Origin: Planctomycetia bacterium
GTDB lineage: Bacteria > Planctomycetota > Planctomycetia > Pirellulales > UBA1268
NCBI GenBank assembly: GCA_046343855.1
Contig: JBKDMX010000114.1
Coordinates: 3,803 to 67,802 of the forward strand
Direction of reading: 5' to 3'
DNA: 64,000 nucleotides
Shown here: one piece after another, positions 8,164 to 17,317 of the stretch
Numbering within the stretch: position 1 is the stretch's first letter
Layout of the letters: every line of letters begins with the position of its first letter
Program-made: the position numbers and the translations under genes
The notes under the pieces: model-generated
The model's input: only the letters and a program-made list of their open reading frames with translations
Database searches by the model: none
What the model was told of the DNA's origin: nothing

Positions 8164-9135
8164 ATGGCGGAGGACTATTACCAGACGCTCGGCGTGCCGC
8201 GCACGGCTTCCGCTGAAGATATTCGCAAGGCTTACCGCGAGCTCGCCCGCAAGTATCACCCTGATCTCCATCCCGACGACGACGCCGCGAAGGAGAAGTT
8301 CAAGAAGGTGCAGACCGCCTTCGACGTGCTCAACGACCAGAGCAAGCGGGAGATGTATGACCGCTATGGCAGCTCGTTCGAGGGCGTGGGGGCGGGCGGC
8401 CCCGGCGGCGGCTGGGGCGGAGGCCGCGGCCCGTTTCCCGGGGGCGGCTTTCCCGGGGGCGGCTTTCCCGGGGGCGGCGAGATCGATCTCGAGAGCCTCT
8501 TTGGCGGCGCGGGCGGCTTCGGCGACATGTTCGGCCGCGGCGGTACGAAGGCCCGCGGCCGGCGCCGGCCAACGCAGGCGCCCGGGGAGGACGTCACCGC
8601 GCGGATCGACATTCCCTTCAGGCTGGCGATCGACGGCGGCAAGACCGACGTACGGATCGAGCGGGATGGCAAGACCGAGACGATCAGCGTGACGATCCCG
8701 CAGGGGCTGCCCGACGGCGCGCGGATGCGGCTGCGCGGCCAAGGGCTGCCCGGCACCGGCGGCGGCCCGGCCGGCGACCTGCTCCTCGAGGTGAAGGTCG
8801 AATCGCATCCCGTCTTCCGCCGCGACGGCGACACGCTGGAACTCACGCTGCCGATCAGCGTCGCCGAGGCGATCCTCGGCGCGAAGGTGGACGTGCCCAC
8901 GCCATGGGGCACGATCAGCTTGAAGGTTCCGCCGAAGACATCGGGCGGCCGGAAGCTGCGGGCCGCGGGGATGGGCGTGCGGCACGCCAATGGCGCGAAG
9001 GGCGACCTCATCGCCGAAGTGCAGATCGTGCTCCCCGAGCAGGCCGACGCCGCGGCGCTCGACAGGCTGCTCGAGGCCGCACAGGCCGCCGAGGCCGCGG
9101 GCGGGGCCGGCCCGCGCGGCCAGTTGCGATGGTGA
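8164..9135 (+). CDS. J-domain co-chaperone, CbpA/class II DnaJ-like (no zinc finger)
   Basis: DYYQTLGV...KYHPDLHPDD (HPD motif). A G/F-rich linker carries three tandem FPGGG repeats. The two C-terminal beta-domains are present (DLLLEVKVESHPVFRRDGDTLELTLPIS). No CxxCxGxG repeats were seen. Confidence 0.9.
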   Translation: MAEDYYQTLGVPRTASAEDIRKAYRELARKYHPDLHPDDDAAKEKFKKVQTAFDVLNDQSKREMYDRYGSSFEGVGAGGPGGGWGGGRGPFPGGGFPGGGFPGGGEIDLESLFGGAGGFGDMFGRGGTKARGRRRPTQAPGEDVTARIDIPFRLAIDGGKTDVRIERDGKTETISVTIPQGLPDGARMRLRGQGLPGTGGGPAGDLLLEVKVESHPVFRRDGDTLELTLPISVAEAILGAKVDVPTPWGTISLKVPPKTSGGRKLRAAGMGVRHANGAKGDLIAEVQIVLPEQADAAALDRLLEAAQAAEAAGGAGPRGQLRW

Positions 9136-9518
9136 TGGCAACACCCAAAAAGTTTCCCCGGTCGGCGCGGCTCCACTCCCCGGCGGAGTTTGCGCGGGTC
9201 TACGAGCACCGTCGCAGCGCCGCGGCGGGAGGGCTCGTCCTCTACGCGCGGCCCGGCGAAGGGAATGCCGTGCGGCTTGGCACGTCGGTCTCGCGGCGGA
9301 TCGGCTCGGCCGTCGTGCGGAATCGCTGGAAGCGGCGACTGCGCGAGGCGTTTCGCGCGGTGCGCGACCGGTTGCCCCCGGGCAATGATTTCGTCGTCGT
9401 CGTGCGGTCGAGCGCGGTGCCGGCCGGCGCGACGGGCGCCCGGGCTGTCGAGGAAAGCCTCGTCGCGCTCGCGAAGCGGGTGGTGAGCCGGCCCGGGTAT
9501 GGCGGAGAGCGCGCATGA
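9129..9518 (+). CDS. rnpA: Ribonuclease P protein component
   Basis: Internal ATG at 9129 of ORF 8904..9518 (by codon count). It has the RNR motif [15 protein letters not shown]. It is followed by yidD with a 4-nt overlap and overlaps the J-protein stop by 7 nt. Confidence 0.85.
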   Translation: MVMATPKKFPRSARLHSPAEFARVYEHRRSAAAGGLVLYARPGEGNAVRLGTSVSRRIGSAVVRNRWKRRLREAFRAVRDRLPPGNDFVVVVRSSAVPAGATGARAVEESLVALAKRVVSRPGYGGERA

Positions 9519-9763
9519 CGCTCTTCGGTCGCTGCGCCCGGGCATGCGACCGCGCCGCCTCCGCGGTGCTCGTCGGCCTCGTCATCGTCTACAAGGCGAC
9601 GCTCAGCCCGCTGCTCGGCCGACACTGCCGGTTTCATCCGACCTGCAGCGTCTACTTTCGGCAGGCCGTCGAGAAACACGGCGCCCTGCGCGGAACGCTC
9701 AAGGGCATCGCCCGGATCTGCCGCTGCCATCCCTGGCATCCGGGCGGCTACGATCCACCGTAA
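9515..9763 (+). CDS. yidD: Membrane protein insertion efficiency factor YidD
   Basis: 82 aa. It has [19 protein letters not shown] and [11 protein letters not shown], the YidD signatures. Confidence 0.9.
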   Translation: MTLFGRCARACDRAASAVLVGLVIVYKATLSPLLGRHCRFHPTCSVYFRQAVEKHGALRGTLKGIARICRCHPWHPGGYDPP

Positions 9764-10149
9764 TCGTGCGCAAGCATCGCGAGAATCGGCGCGTTTGGCG
9801 CCGGGAAGTCGAGTTGCGGCAATTGCCCGATCGGAATCCACGCGAACGGGGCTTTCGGCACCGCCGCCGGATCGACAGGCGTCGCCCACTGAAAGCTCAC
9901 GAAGAGGTGTGGCCGAGACTGCGTCGAGGCGACGCCGAACGAGCGGCCGCTCACCCGGATGGCGATGCCCGCCTCCTCGAGGCACTCGCGGACCGCGGCC
10001 TCCGCCGCCGTCTCGTGCTCCTCCACCTTGCCGCCGGGAAACTCGGCGAGCCCCGGCGCCTCGACGGCATCGAGCCCGCGCCGGCCCACGAGCACGCGGC
10101 CTTCATGCACCACCACGGCGACGGCGATCGTGCGGAGCGGTTCGGTCAT
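9748..10149 (-). CDS. NUDIX hydrolase (MutT-like)
   Basis: 133 aa with the Nudix box [23 protein letters not shown]. Confidence 0.85.
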   Translation of the reverse strand: MTEPLRTIAVAVVVHEGRVLVGRRGLDAVEAPGLAEFPGGKVEEHETAAEAAVRECLEEAGIAIRVSGRSFGVASTQSRPHLFVSFQWATPVDPAAVPKAPFAWIPIGQLPQLDFPAPNAPILAMLAHDYGGS

Positions 10150-10168
10150 CGGCAGTCGCCGCGGATGC

Positions 10169-10993
10169 CTACTGCGGCTTCTGCACGAGGTCGAGGAGGC
10201 GTCCGGGCGAGCCCATCACGTTGTAGCCGGCATCGACGTGGAGGATCTCGCCGGTGATGCCGCCGGAGTCTTTCGAGAGCAGGAAGGCGCCGGTCTTGCC
10301 GACTTCCTCGTGGGTAATGTTGCGGCCCATGGGCGACATGTGCTGGTAGAGATCGAGCATCTCCTCCACCCCCGCGCCGCGGCCGGCGAGCGTCCGCAGC
10401 GGGCCGGCGCTGATGGCGTTGACCCGCACGCCTGCCGGGCCGAGGTCGTAGGCCATGTATCTCACGCAGGCGTCGAGCGTCGCCTTGCAGACGCCCATGA
10501 TGTTGTAGCCGGGCACGACCTTCTCACCGCCGAAGTAGGTCAGCGTGAGGATCGAGGCGTCCTTCGCGAGGATCTTGCGGGCGAGCCGGCCGACGGCGAG
10601 CAGGCTGTAGGCGCTCGTCTCCATCGCGATCCGGAAGCCCTCGCGGCTGCAGTCGGTCGTCTCCCCCTTGAGGTCTTCCATCGGCGCATAAGCGATCGAG
10701 TGGACGACGAAGTCGAGCGTGCCAAACTCCTGCTTCGCGCGATCCATGACCGCGGCGATCTGTTCGTCGCTCGAGACATCCATCGGCACGAGGAACTTGG
10801 CGTTCGGCTCGGGGTCGGTGAGCAGGGCCACGCGGCGACGGTTGCGCTGCCGCTCGTCGTCGGGCTTGTCGGGCAGGTGGGAGAAGCCGATCTGCGCACC
10901 CTCGGAGAGCATCTCCTTGGCGATGTACCAGGCGATCGAGTGGTCGTTCGCCACGCCGAGCACGAGACCCTTCATTCCGTCGAACCGGCCCAT
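10169..10993 (-). CDS. fabI: Enoyl-[acyl-carrier-protein] reductase (NADH), FabI
   Basis: 274 aa. GVANDHSIAW dinucleotide-binding N-terminus; catalytic Y...K in YNIMGVCKATLDA; C-terminal GEILHVDAGYN. Confidence 0.9.
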   Translation of the reverse strand: MGRFDGMKGLVLGVANDHSIAWYIAKEMLSEGAQIGFSHLPDKPDDERQRNRRRVALLTDPEPNAKFLVPMDVSSDEQIAAVMDRAKQEFGTLDFVVHSIAYAPMEDLKGETTDCSREGFRIAMETSAYSLLAVGRLARKILAKDASILTLTYFGGEKVVPGYNIMGVCKATLDACVRYMAYDLGPAGVRVNAISAGPLRTLAGRGAGVEEMLDLYQHMSPMGRNITHEEVGKTGAFLLSKDSGGITGEILHVDAGYNVMGSPGRLLDLVQKPQ

Positions 10994-11157
10994 CGGGAAA
11001 CCTCCGTTGTCTTGGTGAGTGGGCGGAGGCTTCGAGTGCCTGCTGCGCCTGGGAACGCGGAAATGTACCGGGCCGGCCGAAAACCCTCAACGCGACCGCT
11101 CGGCGCAGGCCGCGGCCCTTGCCGAGCAGCCCGCCGCGGGTTACAAAACGGACATCA

Positions 11158-11231
11158 GCCTCGTTAGCTCAATTGGTCAGAGCATCTGACTCTTAATCAG
11201 AGGGTTCTTGGTTCGAGTCCAAGACGAGGCA
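11158..11231 (+). tRNA. tRNA-Lys (anticodon CTT)
   Basis: Cloverleaf read by eye: acceptor GCCTCGT/ACGAGGC, D-arm GCTC-AATTGGTCA-GAGC, anticodon arm TCTGA-CTCTTAA-TCAGA, T-arm CTTGG-TTCGAGT-CCAAG, discriminator A. CCA is not encoded. Confidence 0.9.
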
Positions 11232-11239
11232 CTGCCAAA

Positions 11240-11453
11240 GTAGACCGCTTGCTCCGCAAGCGGATCTCCATCGGTGCCGCACCGGCTCACGGGCGGCAGA
11301 AGTTGCCTCGCGGTGTCCCTCGCGGACTCGGGCCAAATGCTCGGCGAACTTCCGCCGACCCGCTCGCCTCCGTCCAGCGTAGCCCCCTCGCCTCCTCCGT
11401 AGGACAGGCCTCCGTGCCTGTCACAAGAAAACCGCTTGCTCCGCAAGCGGATC
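11240..11453. repeat. Modular intergenic repeat: hairpin A (11240-11266), ~90-nt unit B (~11277-11368), 24-nt hairpin C (11399-11422), hairpin A (11429-11453)
   Basis: Hairpin A is GTAGACCGCTTGCTCCGCAAGCGGATC. Unit B (CACCGGCTCACGGGCGGCAGAAGTTGCCTCGCGGTGTCCCTCGCGGACTCGGGCCAAATGCTCGGCGAACTTCCGCCGACCCG) recurs almost identically at ~17397-17489 and inverted at ~63417-63508. Hairpin C is GTAGGACAGGCCTCCGTGCCTGTC. Confidence 0.85.
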
Positions 11454-11671
11454 GTGCCCCGCAGAATAACAGCCGCGTCCCCAGTGCCCGGCAGCGCCTT
11501 GGCAAGGCGGGGGGCTCGGGCGCAGTGGATTGCCTGCGGAGTCTGCCGGGGATGCTCCCGGAGCCGCCCGCCGTTCGTGAGACAGGCGGCTCATTCGGCC
11601 GATCTTTCCTGCCAGACGGGGTCTGGATGTGGATCCCTGCGCCATCGTGAAGGAGTGGGGCGGAGGTAGCG

Positions 11672-13018
11672 ATGCAAGGCGGCAGGCGGATCGAGCGATT
11701 GGTCGGACGACTCTCCGGGAAGGCGCTCGTGGTTGCGGGGCTCACGCTCGCGGCGCCGGCCGTCGCGCAGGTCGAGCCCTTCGTCGGCCAGCCCGGCACG
11801 GTCGGCTCGTTCGAAGCCCGCGATCCCGTGCTTGCCGACGAGGTGATGACCGGCGTGATCCCTTCGGGCCAGGACTGGTATCTCTTCGGCGAGCCCGCTC
11901 GCGGCGGTGTCTACGGCTGGCTCAACGGCGGCTTCATCGGCAACTTCGCGAACCCCGGCAGCAAGTTCAACGGCCCCTACAACTCCGTCGATCGCGCCAA
12001 CGAGCCGATGATGAACCAGGTCTATTTCATCGGCGAGCGGCTGCTCCCCACCGACGGCTCGGTGGGCGTGGGCGGGAGGGCCGACCTGCTCTACGGCGAG
12101 GATTTTCCGCTCGCCACGTCGCTCGGCTGGGAAGACACGCTCAGCGGCCGAAACCAGTGGAATAGCGGCGAATACTACGGCCTCGCGATGCCGCAGCTCT
12201 ACGGCGAAGTGGGCAACCAGGAGTTCTCGGTGAAACTCGGCCACTTCTACACGGTCGTGGGCTACGAGGGCGTGCCGGCCCCCGGCAACTTCTTCTACAC
12301 GAAGTCCTATAGCTACATGTTCGCCGGCCCGTTCACCCACTGGGGCGGTCTCGCCACCTGGCGGGCCACCGACAATCTCGAGGTGAACGGCGGGCTCGTG
12401 AACGGCTGGAACGGCCTCGCCTCCCCCTACAGCAAGGCGAACTTCCTCGGCCGCGCCCGCGTGCGCAACGACGACAACTCGCTCGCAAGCACGTTCGCGA
12501 TCGTGACCGGCGACGAGGGCAATGACTTCTCGCCGCTCTACCAGCCGGCGCCGGTGCTCGAGTCGGCCAACCGCACCCGCTACAGCCTGCTCTTCGAGGT
12601 GCGGCCAAGCGACCGCTGGGAATATGTCTTCCACCAGTGGCTCGGCACGCAGGCCCAGGGGCTCGCCGACGGCGGCACGGCCCTCTGGACCGGCATCGAT
12701 CAATATCTCTACTGGGCCGCCAGCGACACCTGGAAGTGGGGCGCCCGCTTCGAATGGTTTCAAGACACCGACGGCACCCGCGTGGGGCTCAATCGCCCGA
12801 GCAACCCGAACCACGTGCCGCTGCCGGGCAACTATTATTCGCTCACGCTCGGCGCCAACTGGGTGCCGACCGCCAACTTCCTGATGCGGCCGGCCTTCCG
12901 CTGGGACTTCTACGGCGGCCCGCAGGGCGGCCCACCCTCCGGCCCGCGGCTGCCCTACAACGACGGCGCGAGCTGGAACCAGACGATGCTCGGCTTCGAC
13001 GCGATCCAGAAATTTTAG
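11672..13018 (+). CDS. Putative outer-membrane beta-barrel protein (planctomycete porin-like)
   Basis: 448 aa. RBS GGAGG precedes the ATG. Signal peptide ...LTLAAPAVAQ. Gly/aromatic-rich alternating strands, with the C-terminal residue Phe (MLGFDAIQKF) typical of OMPs. The family name is tentative. Confidence 0.65.
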   Translation: MQGGRRIERLVGRLSGKALVVAGLTLAAPAVAQVEPFVGQPGTVGSFEARDPVLADEVMTGVIPSGQDWYLFGEPARGGVYGWLNGGFIGNFANPGSKFNGPYNSVDRANEPMMNQVYFIGERLLPTDGSVGVGGRADLLYGEDFPLATSLGWEDTLSGRNQWNSGEYYGLAMPQLYGEVGNQEFSVKLGHFYTVVGYEGVPAPGNFFYTKSYSYMFAGPFTHWGGLATWRATDNLEVNGGLVNGWNGLASPYSKANFLGRARVRNDDNSLASTFAIVTGDEGNDFSPLYQPAPVLESANRTRYSLLFEVRPSDRWEYVFHQWLGTQAQGLADGGTALWTGIDQYLYWAASDTWKWGARFEWFQDTDGTRVGLNRPSNPNHVPLPGNYYSLTLGANWVPTANFLMRPAFRWDFYGGPQGGPPSGPRLPYNDGASWNQTMLGFDAIQKF

Positions 13019-13461
13019 GCGTGTCGCAGGTGCCAGCGGGTGGCGAGCTTGCGAAACGTGAACATGAAATAGAGGTTCGGCTTCGAGAAGAGGAGCCGCG
13101 TCACGAGCCCCCAGAGCCCGCGCTTGTGCTCGTATTCGATGTGTTCGTCGATCCGTGTGACCGTCGGCGAGACCGCGGTGAACGTGTGGGTGTGCTCCCA
13201 CTTCGCGGCCGGCCCCTCCGCCTGGATGTCGGTGAAGCCGGACGGCGACACGTTCTCGTGCACCGCGGTCCATCGCAGCGGCAGGGGGCCCACCCAGAGC
13301 GTGAATTTCGAAACGGAGCCCTCGCCGAGCGGCTCGATCGAATGCAGTTGCACGATCGTCGGCGGGGGGGTGAGCCGCTTCAGGGCGCTCGTGTCGTGAT
13401 GAAAGTCGCGGACGGCCTGGAGCGGGGCGGAGACGGTGAACGAGTAGTCGAAGATGGGCAT
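13015..13461 (-). CDS. SRPBCC (START/cyclase-dehydrase-like) family protein
   Basis: ORF 13015..13503, probably starting at MPIFDYSFTV (13461). The text MPIFDYSFTVSAPLQAVRDFHHD...LPLRWTAVHE...WEHTHTF resembles SRPBCC ligand-binding folds. Confidence 0.65.
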   Translation of the reverse strand: MPIFDYSFTVSAPLQAVRDFHHDTSALKRLTPPPTIVQLHSIEPLGEGSVSKFTLWVGPLPLRWTAVHENVSPSGFTDIQAEGPAAKWEHTHTFTAVSPTVTRIDEHIEYEHKRGLWGLVTRLLFSKPNLYFMFTFRKLATRWHLRHA

Positions 13462-13495
13462 CGAAGCGGTGGGCTCGTGGTCGTGGCTGGGGCGG

Positions 13496-14128
13496 TCAGG
13501 CAATACCGTGACGGATCGCCCAGACGGCCGCCTGCGTGCGATCCTCGAGGGCGAGTTTTCGCAGCAGATTCTGCACGTGCTCCTTCACCGTCTCAATGCT
13601 GATTTCGAGCGATTCGCCGATCTCCTTGTTGGAGAGCCCCATCGCGATCTGCCGCAGCACCTGCGTCTCCCGCGGGGTGAGGGGAACATCGCTGTTGGCG
13701 GGCGGCTCCCGCTGCGACATCGCTCCCGCGATCCGCTTGAGCTCGCCGGCCCGCGTGGGCGAGGCACCGCTGGCGGCGCCCACGAGGGCATCGAGCAATT
13801 CCTTGCGGGTGGCCGACTTGAGCAGATAGTCGTGGGCGCCGGCCGACACGGCCCGGGCGACGTAGGTCGTGTTGTCGAAGGCGGAAAGCATCACCACGCG
13901 GGTGTTCGGTGCCGCGGAGCGAATCCGCCTGATCGAGTCGAGGCCGCCCTTGCCCCCCATCCGCACATCGAGCAGCACGACATCGGGCTTATGCTTGCGG
14001 GCGAGCTTCGTTGCCTCGTCGCCGTCGGCCGCCTCCGCCACGAGCCGGATGTCGGAGCCCGCCACCAGGCTGGCAATGCCGCGGCGAATGACTTCATGGT
14101 CATCGACGACAAGCACGGTGACGGCCAT
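13496..14128 (-). CDS. NarL/FixJ-family response regulator (REC plus LuxR-type HTH)
   Basis: 210 aa. VLVVDDHEVIR...PDVVLLDVRM receiver domain. LTPRETQVLRQIAMGLSNKEIGESLEISIETVKEHVQNLLRKL HTH. Confidence 0.9.
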   Translation of the reverse strand: MAVTVLVVDDHEVIRRGIASLVAGSDIRLVAEAADGDEATKLARKHKPDVVLLDVRMGGKGGLDSIRRIRSAAPNTRVVMLSAFDNTTYVARAVSAGAHDYLLKSATRKELLDALVGAASGASPTRAGELKRIAGAMSQREPPANSDVPLTPRETQVLRQIAMGLSNKEIGESLEISIETVKEHVQNLLRKLALEDRTQAAVWAIRHGIA

Positions 14129-14213
14129 GATGGAATCCCGGAAAGCCCCGCGAGGCGAGAATGTTCAAAAGACTTGATCCGTAAACCCCACCATAGCGGA
14201 AGGGGCCGACCAT

Positions 14214-15029
14214 ATGAAAGAGGGGGGGCGGATGTTTTTCCCCGGGCCTGAACCGACCGTCTTGGCGACCGCCTCTGGCGTGGTGGCGATCGACAAGCCG
14301 GCAGGGTTGCCGACGCAGGCCCCGCCGGGCATCGACTCGGCCGAGACCTGGCTGCGCCGCTGGCTCGCCGCCGCGAAACGTCCCGACGCGAGCGTCCATC
14401 AAGGCTACGTCGGCGTGCCTCATCGGCTCGATCGGCCGGTCTCCGGCGTCTTGCTTCTGGCCGCGACGCCGCGGGCGGCAAGAAAACTCTCTCGCCAGTT
14501 CGAGCGCCGGCAGGTCGAGAAGACCTACCTGGCCATGCTGGCCGCCGGCGAGCACAGCGGCGAACGGCTGCGGCTCGAGCAGGCAGGTGCGTCAGGCCTG
14601 GAGTGGCGCGACTGGATCGAGAAGATTCCCGACGAGGCGCGGGCACGGGTGACGGTCGCCGATGCGCACACGGCGCGCGAGGCGGTCACGCGGGCGCGGC
14701 TGATCGCCCCGCTCGCCGCTGGCAGGCTGCTCGTGGAACTCGCGCCTCACACCGGCCGCATGCATCAATTGCGGCTGCAGGCTGCGGCCCGCGGGCTGCC
14801 GGTGGTGGACGATCCGCTCTACGGGGAACCGGAAGGAGACGCGGCCGGCTGGGCCGCCACGCCGCCCGACGATCCGCGGGCACGACCGATCGCGCTGCAT
14901 GCGTGGCGGATTCGCTACACCGATCCCGACACGCTCGCGCCGGTCACGATTCAAGCGCCGCTGCCGGCGTTTTGGCCGGCTGAAGTCCGCGGCATCCCGC
15001 TTCCGGCACGTTCCGACGCCAGCGCGTAA
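14214..15029 (+). CDS. RluA-family pseudouridine synthase
   Basis: 271 aa. Catalytic motif HRLDRPVSGVLLLA, then TGRMHQLRLQAA. The start could be the second ATG 18 nt downstream. Confidence 0.85.
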   Translation: MKEGGRMFFPGPEPTVLATASGVVAIDKPAGLPTQAPPGIDSAETWLRRWLAAAKRPDASVHQGYVGVPHRLDRPVSGVLLLAATPRAARKLSRQFERRQVEKTYLAMLAAGEHSGERLRLEQAGASGLEWRDWIEKIPDEARARVTVADAHTAREAVTRARLIAPLAAGRLLVELAPHTGRMHQLRLQAAARGLPVVDDPLYGEPEGDAAGWAATPPDDPRARPIALHAWRIRYTDPDTLAPVTIQAPLPAFWPAEVRGIPLPARSDASA

Positions 15030-15041
15030 GCGGTTTCGCGC

Positions 15042-17270
15042 TCACCCCGGCGGCGCGAGCCAGCCGGCGTGCTCGAGCCAGCGGTGCAGCCACGGCTGCG
15101 TCCAGGGAGTCCACGTCGGGTAGGCCACCGACACGACTGAAAGGCCGAGCAGCACGATCGCCACAGCACGCCCGGCGAGGCTCCTGCCGAGGGCATCGGC
15201 GGCGGGAACGGCGGCCGCCGCCCAGAGTGGCGCGAGCCAAAACACCCAGCGAAAGCCGCTCGTCATCCCGCCGTAATTGCGGTCGATCGGCGGTCGCGCG
15301 AGATAGAAGAGGATCACCACGGCCGACACGATCGCGATCGCCAGCGCGATCTCCCGCTGCCGCGCGGCCTGTCCGTTTCGGCGCGAGGCCAGGCCCATGA
15401 GGCCGGGAATGACGAGCAGCCAGGCGGGCGTGAGCGAGACGATGCCGTGATGGCCCACGAGCGCGTGCCAGGCATACCGCGCCGCCGAGGGCTCGCCCCG
15501 GTCCTGCCCCTTCGGATTGCGCCAGTAGCTCTCGAGCACGCGGCCGTTGGGCAGCGTGATCGAGTAGTCGTACCAATTGGTCTGGCCAGCCGCGGCGGAA
15601 GCCGCGCGGTGGGCGTATGGGGGCAGCGCCGTGCCGTGGGCCAGCCAATTCGTGCCGAGCGCGGCGCAGGCAACGACCGCCGCCGCGGGCACCGCGGCGA
15701 ACAGGCCGCGGCGCAGGTCGGCCGCCGCGAGCAGGCCGAGCACGGCCGCGCACCAGGCGAGCGCGGGCAGGTCGAAGGCGGCGGCGAGCGCGGCCGTGCC
15801 GCCGGCGATGGCGAATGCGGCCCACGACCGCAGGCCTTCGCAGCGGATGCGATAGAGCAGCCAGCCGCTCGCCGCGGTGCAGGCGGCCGCCGGCAGGTGG
15901 TTGGTGAGCACGACGGCGAACGTCGTCAGGAACGTGCCGCAGGCGATGATCGCGGCCGCGTAGATCCGTCCCCAGTCGGTCGTGCCGATCGCGTCTATCA
16001 ACCGGCACGTGAAGAGGATCGTCACCAGGAGCGGCACGAGCCCGTAGAGCACCATCAACATCCGGCCCATCTCGAAGGGATGGTCGCCGAGCGTCCAGCC
16101 GGTCGCCCGCGCGAGCAGCCAATAAGGGCCTGCGCAGAGCACGGAGAGCAGCGGCGGCTTGCTCGAATAGAGCCGCATCCGGCCGCTCGCATCGGGGTGG
16201 GCGACGGCGTCGATCGTGTCCCAGCCCGGCTCGGTGACGAGATCGTCGATCTCGAAGCGGCCCTGTTCGACGAGCGATCGGATCGTGAGCCAGCGGCTGC
16301 GGTCGTTGGCCGAGAGGAACGGCCGCAGCAGCCGCTTCTCGCGGGCGATCCGGTCGCGGATCGCGGCGGCGTCGACCGGCAGGCCCGCCGCGACGGCCTT
16401 CGCCACCGCGTCGTTCACGAGCCGTTGTTCGAGGGCGATCTTATCCACGCTCGCGACCGCGGCGATCCGTCCGAGCACGGCTCCCGCGGCGAGCGTGGCG
16501 AGCAGGGCATAGATGCCATGACGCAGCCGCGCCCGCGACTCGCTCCGCGGCCAGCGGTCGCTCCCGCTGCGGCCTCCGCTGCGCAGCGCCACGCGAACCA
16601 GGTCGTAGAGGCCGGCGAAGAACCGGGCGACGCCGTATTTCGAATGCCCGTGTATCCGGGGGCGGTGGTGCACCTTCATCTCCGTCACCCGGAACCCCTC
16701 CGCGGCCGCGAGAACGGGAATGAAGCGGTGCATGCCGGTGCCGAGATCGATCCTGTCGGCGATCTCGGCCCGCAGCACCTTGAGGCCGCAATTGTGGTCG
16801 TGCAGATGAAGGCCCGTCGCGAAACCGACCAGCGCATTGAACACCCGCGACGGCAGCGTCTTATGCCACGGATCGAGCCGCGGCATCTTCCAGCCATTGA
16901 CGAGGTCGATGCGTTCGCGGCGCGGCGCATCGTCGTCGATCAGTGCGAGCATCCGGGGGATCTCGGCCGGGTCGTCCTGGCCGTCGCCGTCGAGCATCGC
17001 GATCCGCGGCGCCCGGCAGCGGGCAAAGCCACTGGCCAGCGCCGCCGATTTGCCACGGCCCCGCTCATGGCGGATCCCCTGCACCCGGCCATTGGAGGCG
17101 GCCGCCATGATCTCTCCCCACGAGCCGTCGGTGGAGCCATCGTCCACCACGAACAATTCCCAACGCAGGCCGGCCGCATCGAGCACGCGGCGAATCTCGT
17201 CGACGAGCGGGCCGATATTGCCCGCCTCGTTGCGGACGGGGGTCACGATCGAGACATCGAGGTCGTTCAT
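15042..17270 (-). CDS. Fusion protein: GT2 polyprenol-phosphate glycosyltransferase (DPM1/ArnC-like) N-domain plus multi-TM GT-C/ArnT-PMT-like membrane domain
   Basis: 742 aa. The N-terminal VSIVTPVRNE...VVDDGSTDGS...MLDGDGQDDP is a GT2 DxD-type domain. After ~aa 250 comes a TM helix, a soluble ~120-aa segment, then roughly 10 or more hydrophobic helices. Confidence 0.75.
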   Translation of the reverse strand: MNDLDVSIVTPVRNEAGNIGPLVDEIRRVLDAAGLRWELFVVDDGSTDGSWGEIMAAASNGRVQGIRHERGRGKSAALASGFARCRAPRIAMLDGDGQDDPAEIPRMLALIDDDAPRRERIDLVNGWKMPRLDPWHKTLPSRVFNALVGFATGLHLHDHNCGLKVLRAEIADRIDLGTGMHRFIPVLAAAEGFRVTEMKVHHRPRIHGHSKYGVARFFAGLYDLVRVALRSGGRSGSDRWPRSESRARLRHGIYALLATLAAGAVLGRIAAVASVDKIALEQRLVNDAVAKAVAAGLPVDAAAIRDRIAREKRLLRPFLSANDRSRWLTIRSLVEQGRFEIDDLVTEPGWDTIDAVAHPDASGRMRLYSSKPPLLSVLCAGPYWLLARATGWTLGDHPFEMGRMLMVLYGLVPLLVTILFTCRLIDAIGTTDWGRIYAAAIIACGTFLTTFAVVLTNHLPAAACTAASGWLLYRIRCEGLRSWAAFAIAGGTAALAAAFDLPALAWCAAVLGLLAAADLRRGLFAAVPAAAVVACAALGTNWLAHGTALPPYAHRAASAAAGQTNWYDYSITLPNGRVLESYWRNPKGQDRGEPSAARYAWHALVGHHGIVSLTPAWLLVIPGLMGLASRRNGQAARQREIALAIAIVSAVVILFYLARPPIDRNYGGMTSGFRWVFWLAPLWAAAAVPAADALGRSLAGRAVAIVLLGLSVVSVAYPTWTPWTQPWLHRWLEHAGWLAPPG

Positions 17271-17317
17271 GAGACGCCAAGAATACCCTTAACGGCACGA
17301 GAGCGTCACCGCCCAAA

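Noticed and set aside
9000-9129. An rpmH (L34) gene upstream of rnpA.
   Set aside because: No ORF encodes the highly basic ~45-aa L34 sequence. The region is the 3' end of the J-protein gene.
11158-11672. A genomic island or integrated element at tRNA-Lys (and likewise at tRNA-Leu 32132-32214).
   Set aside because: No integrase, no direct repeat of the tRNA 3' end and no compositional shift were seen. The DNA after tRNA-Lys is only the local repeat mosaic, followed by an ordinary OMP gene.
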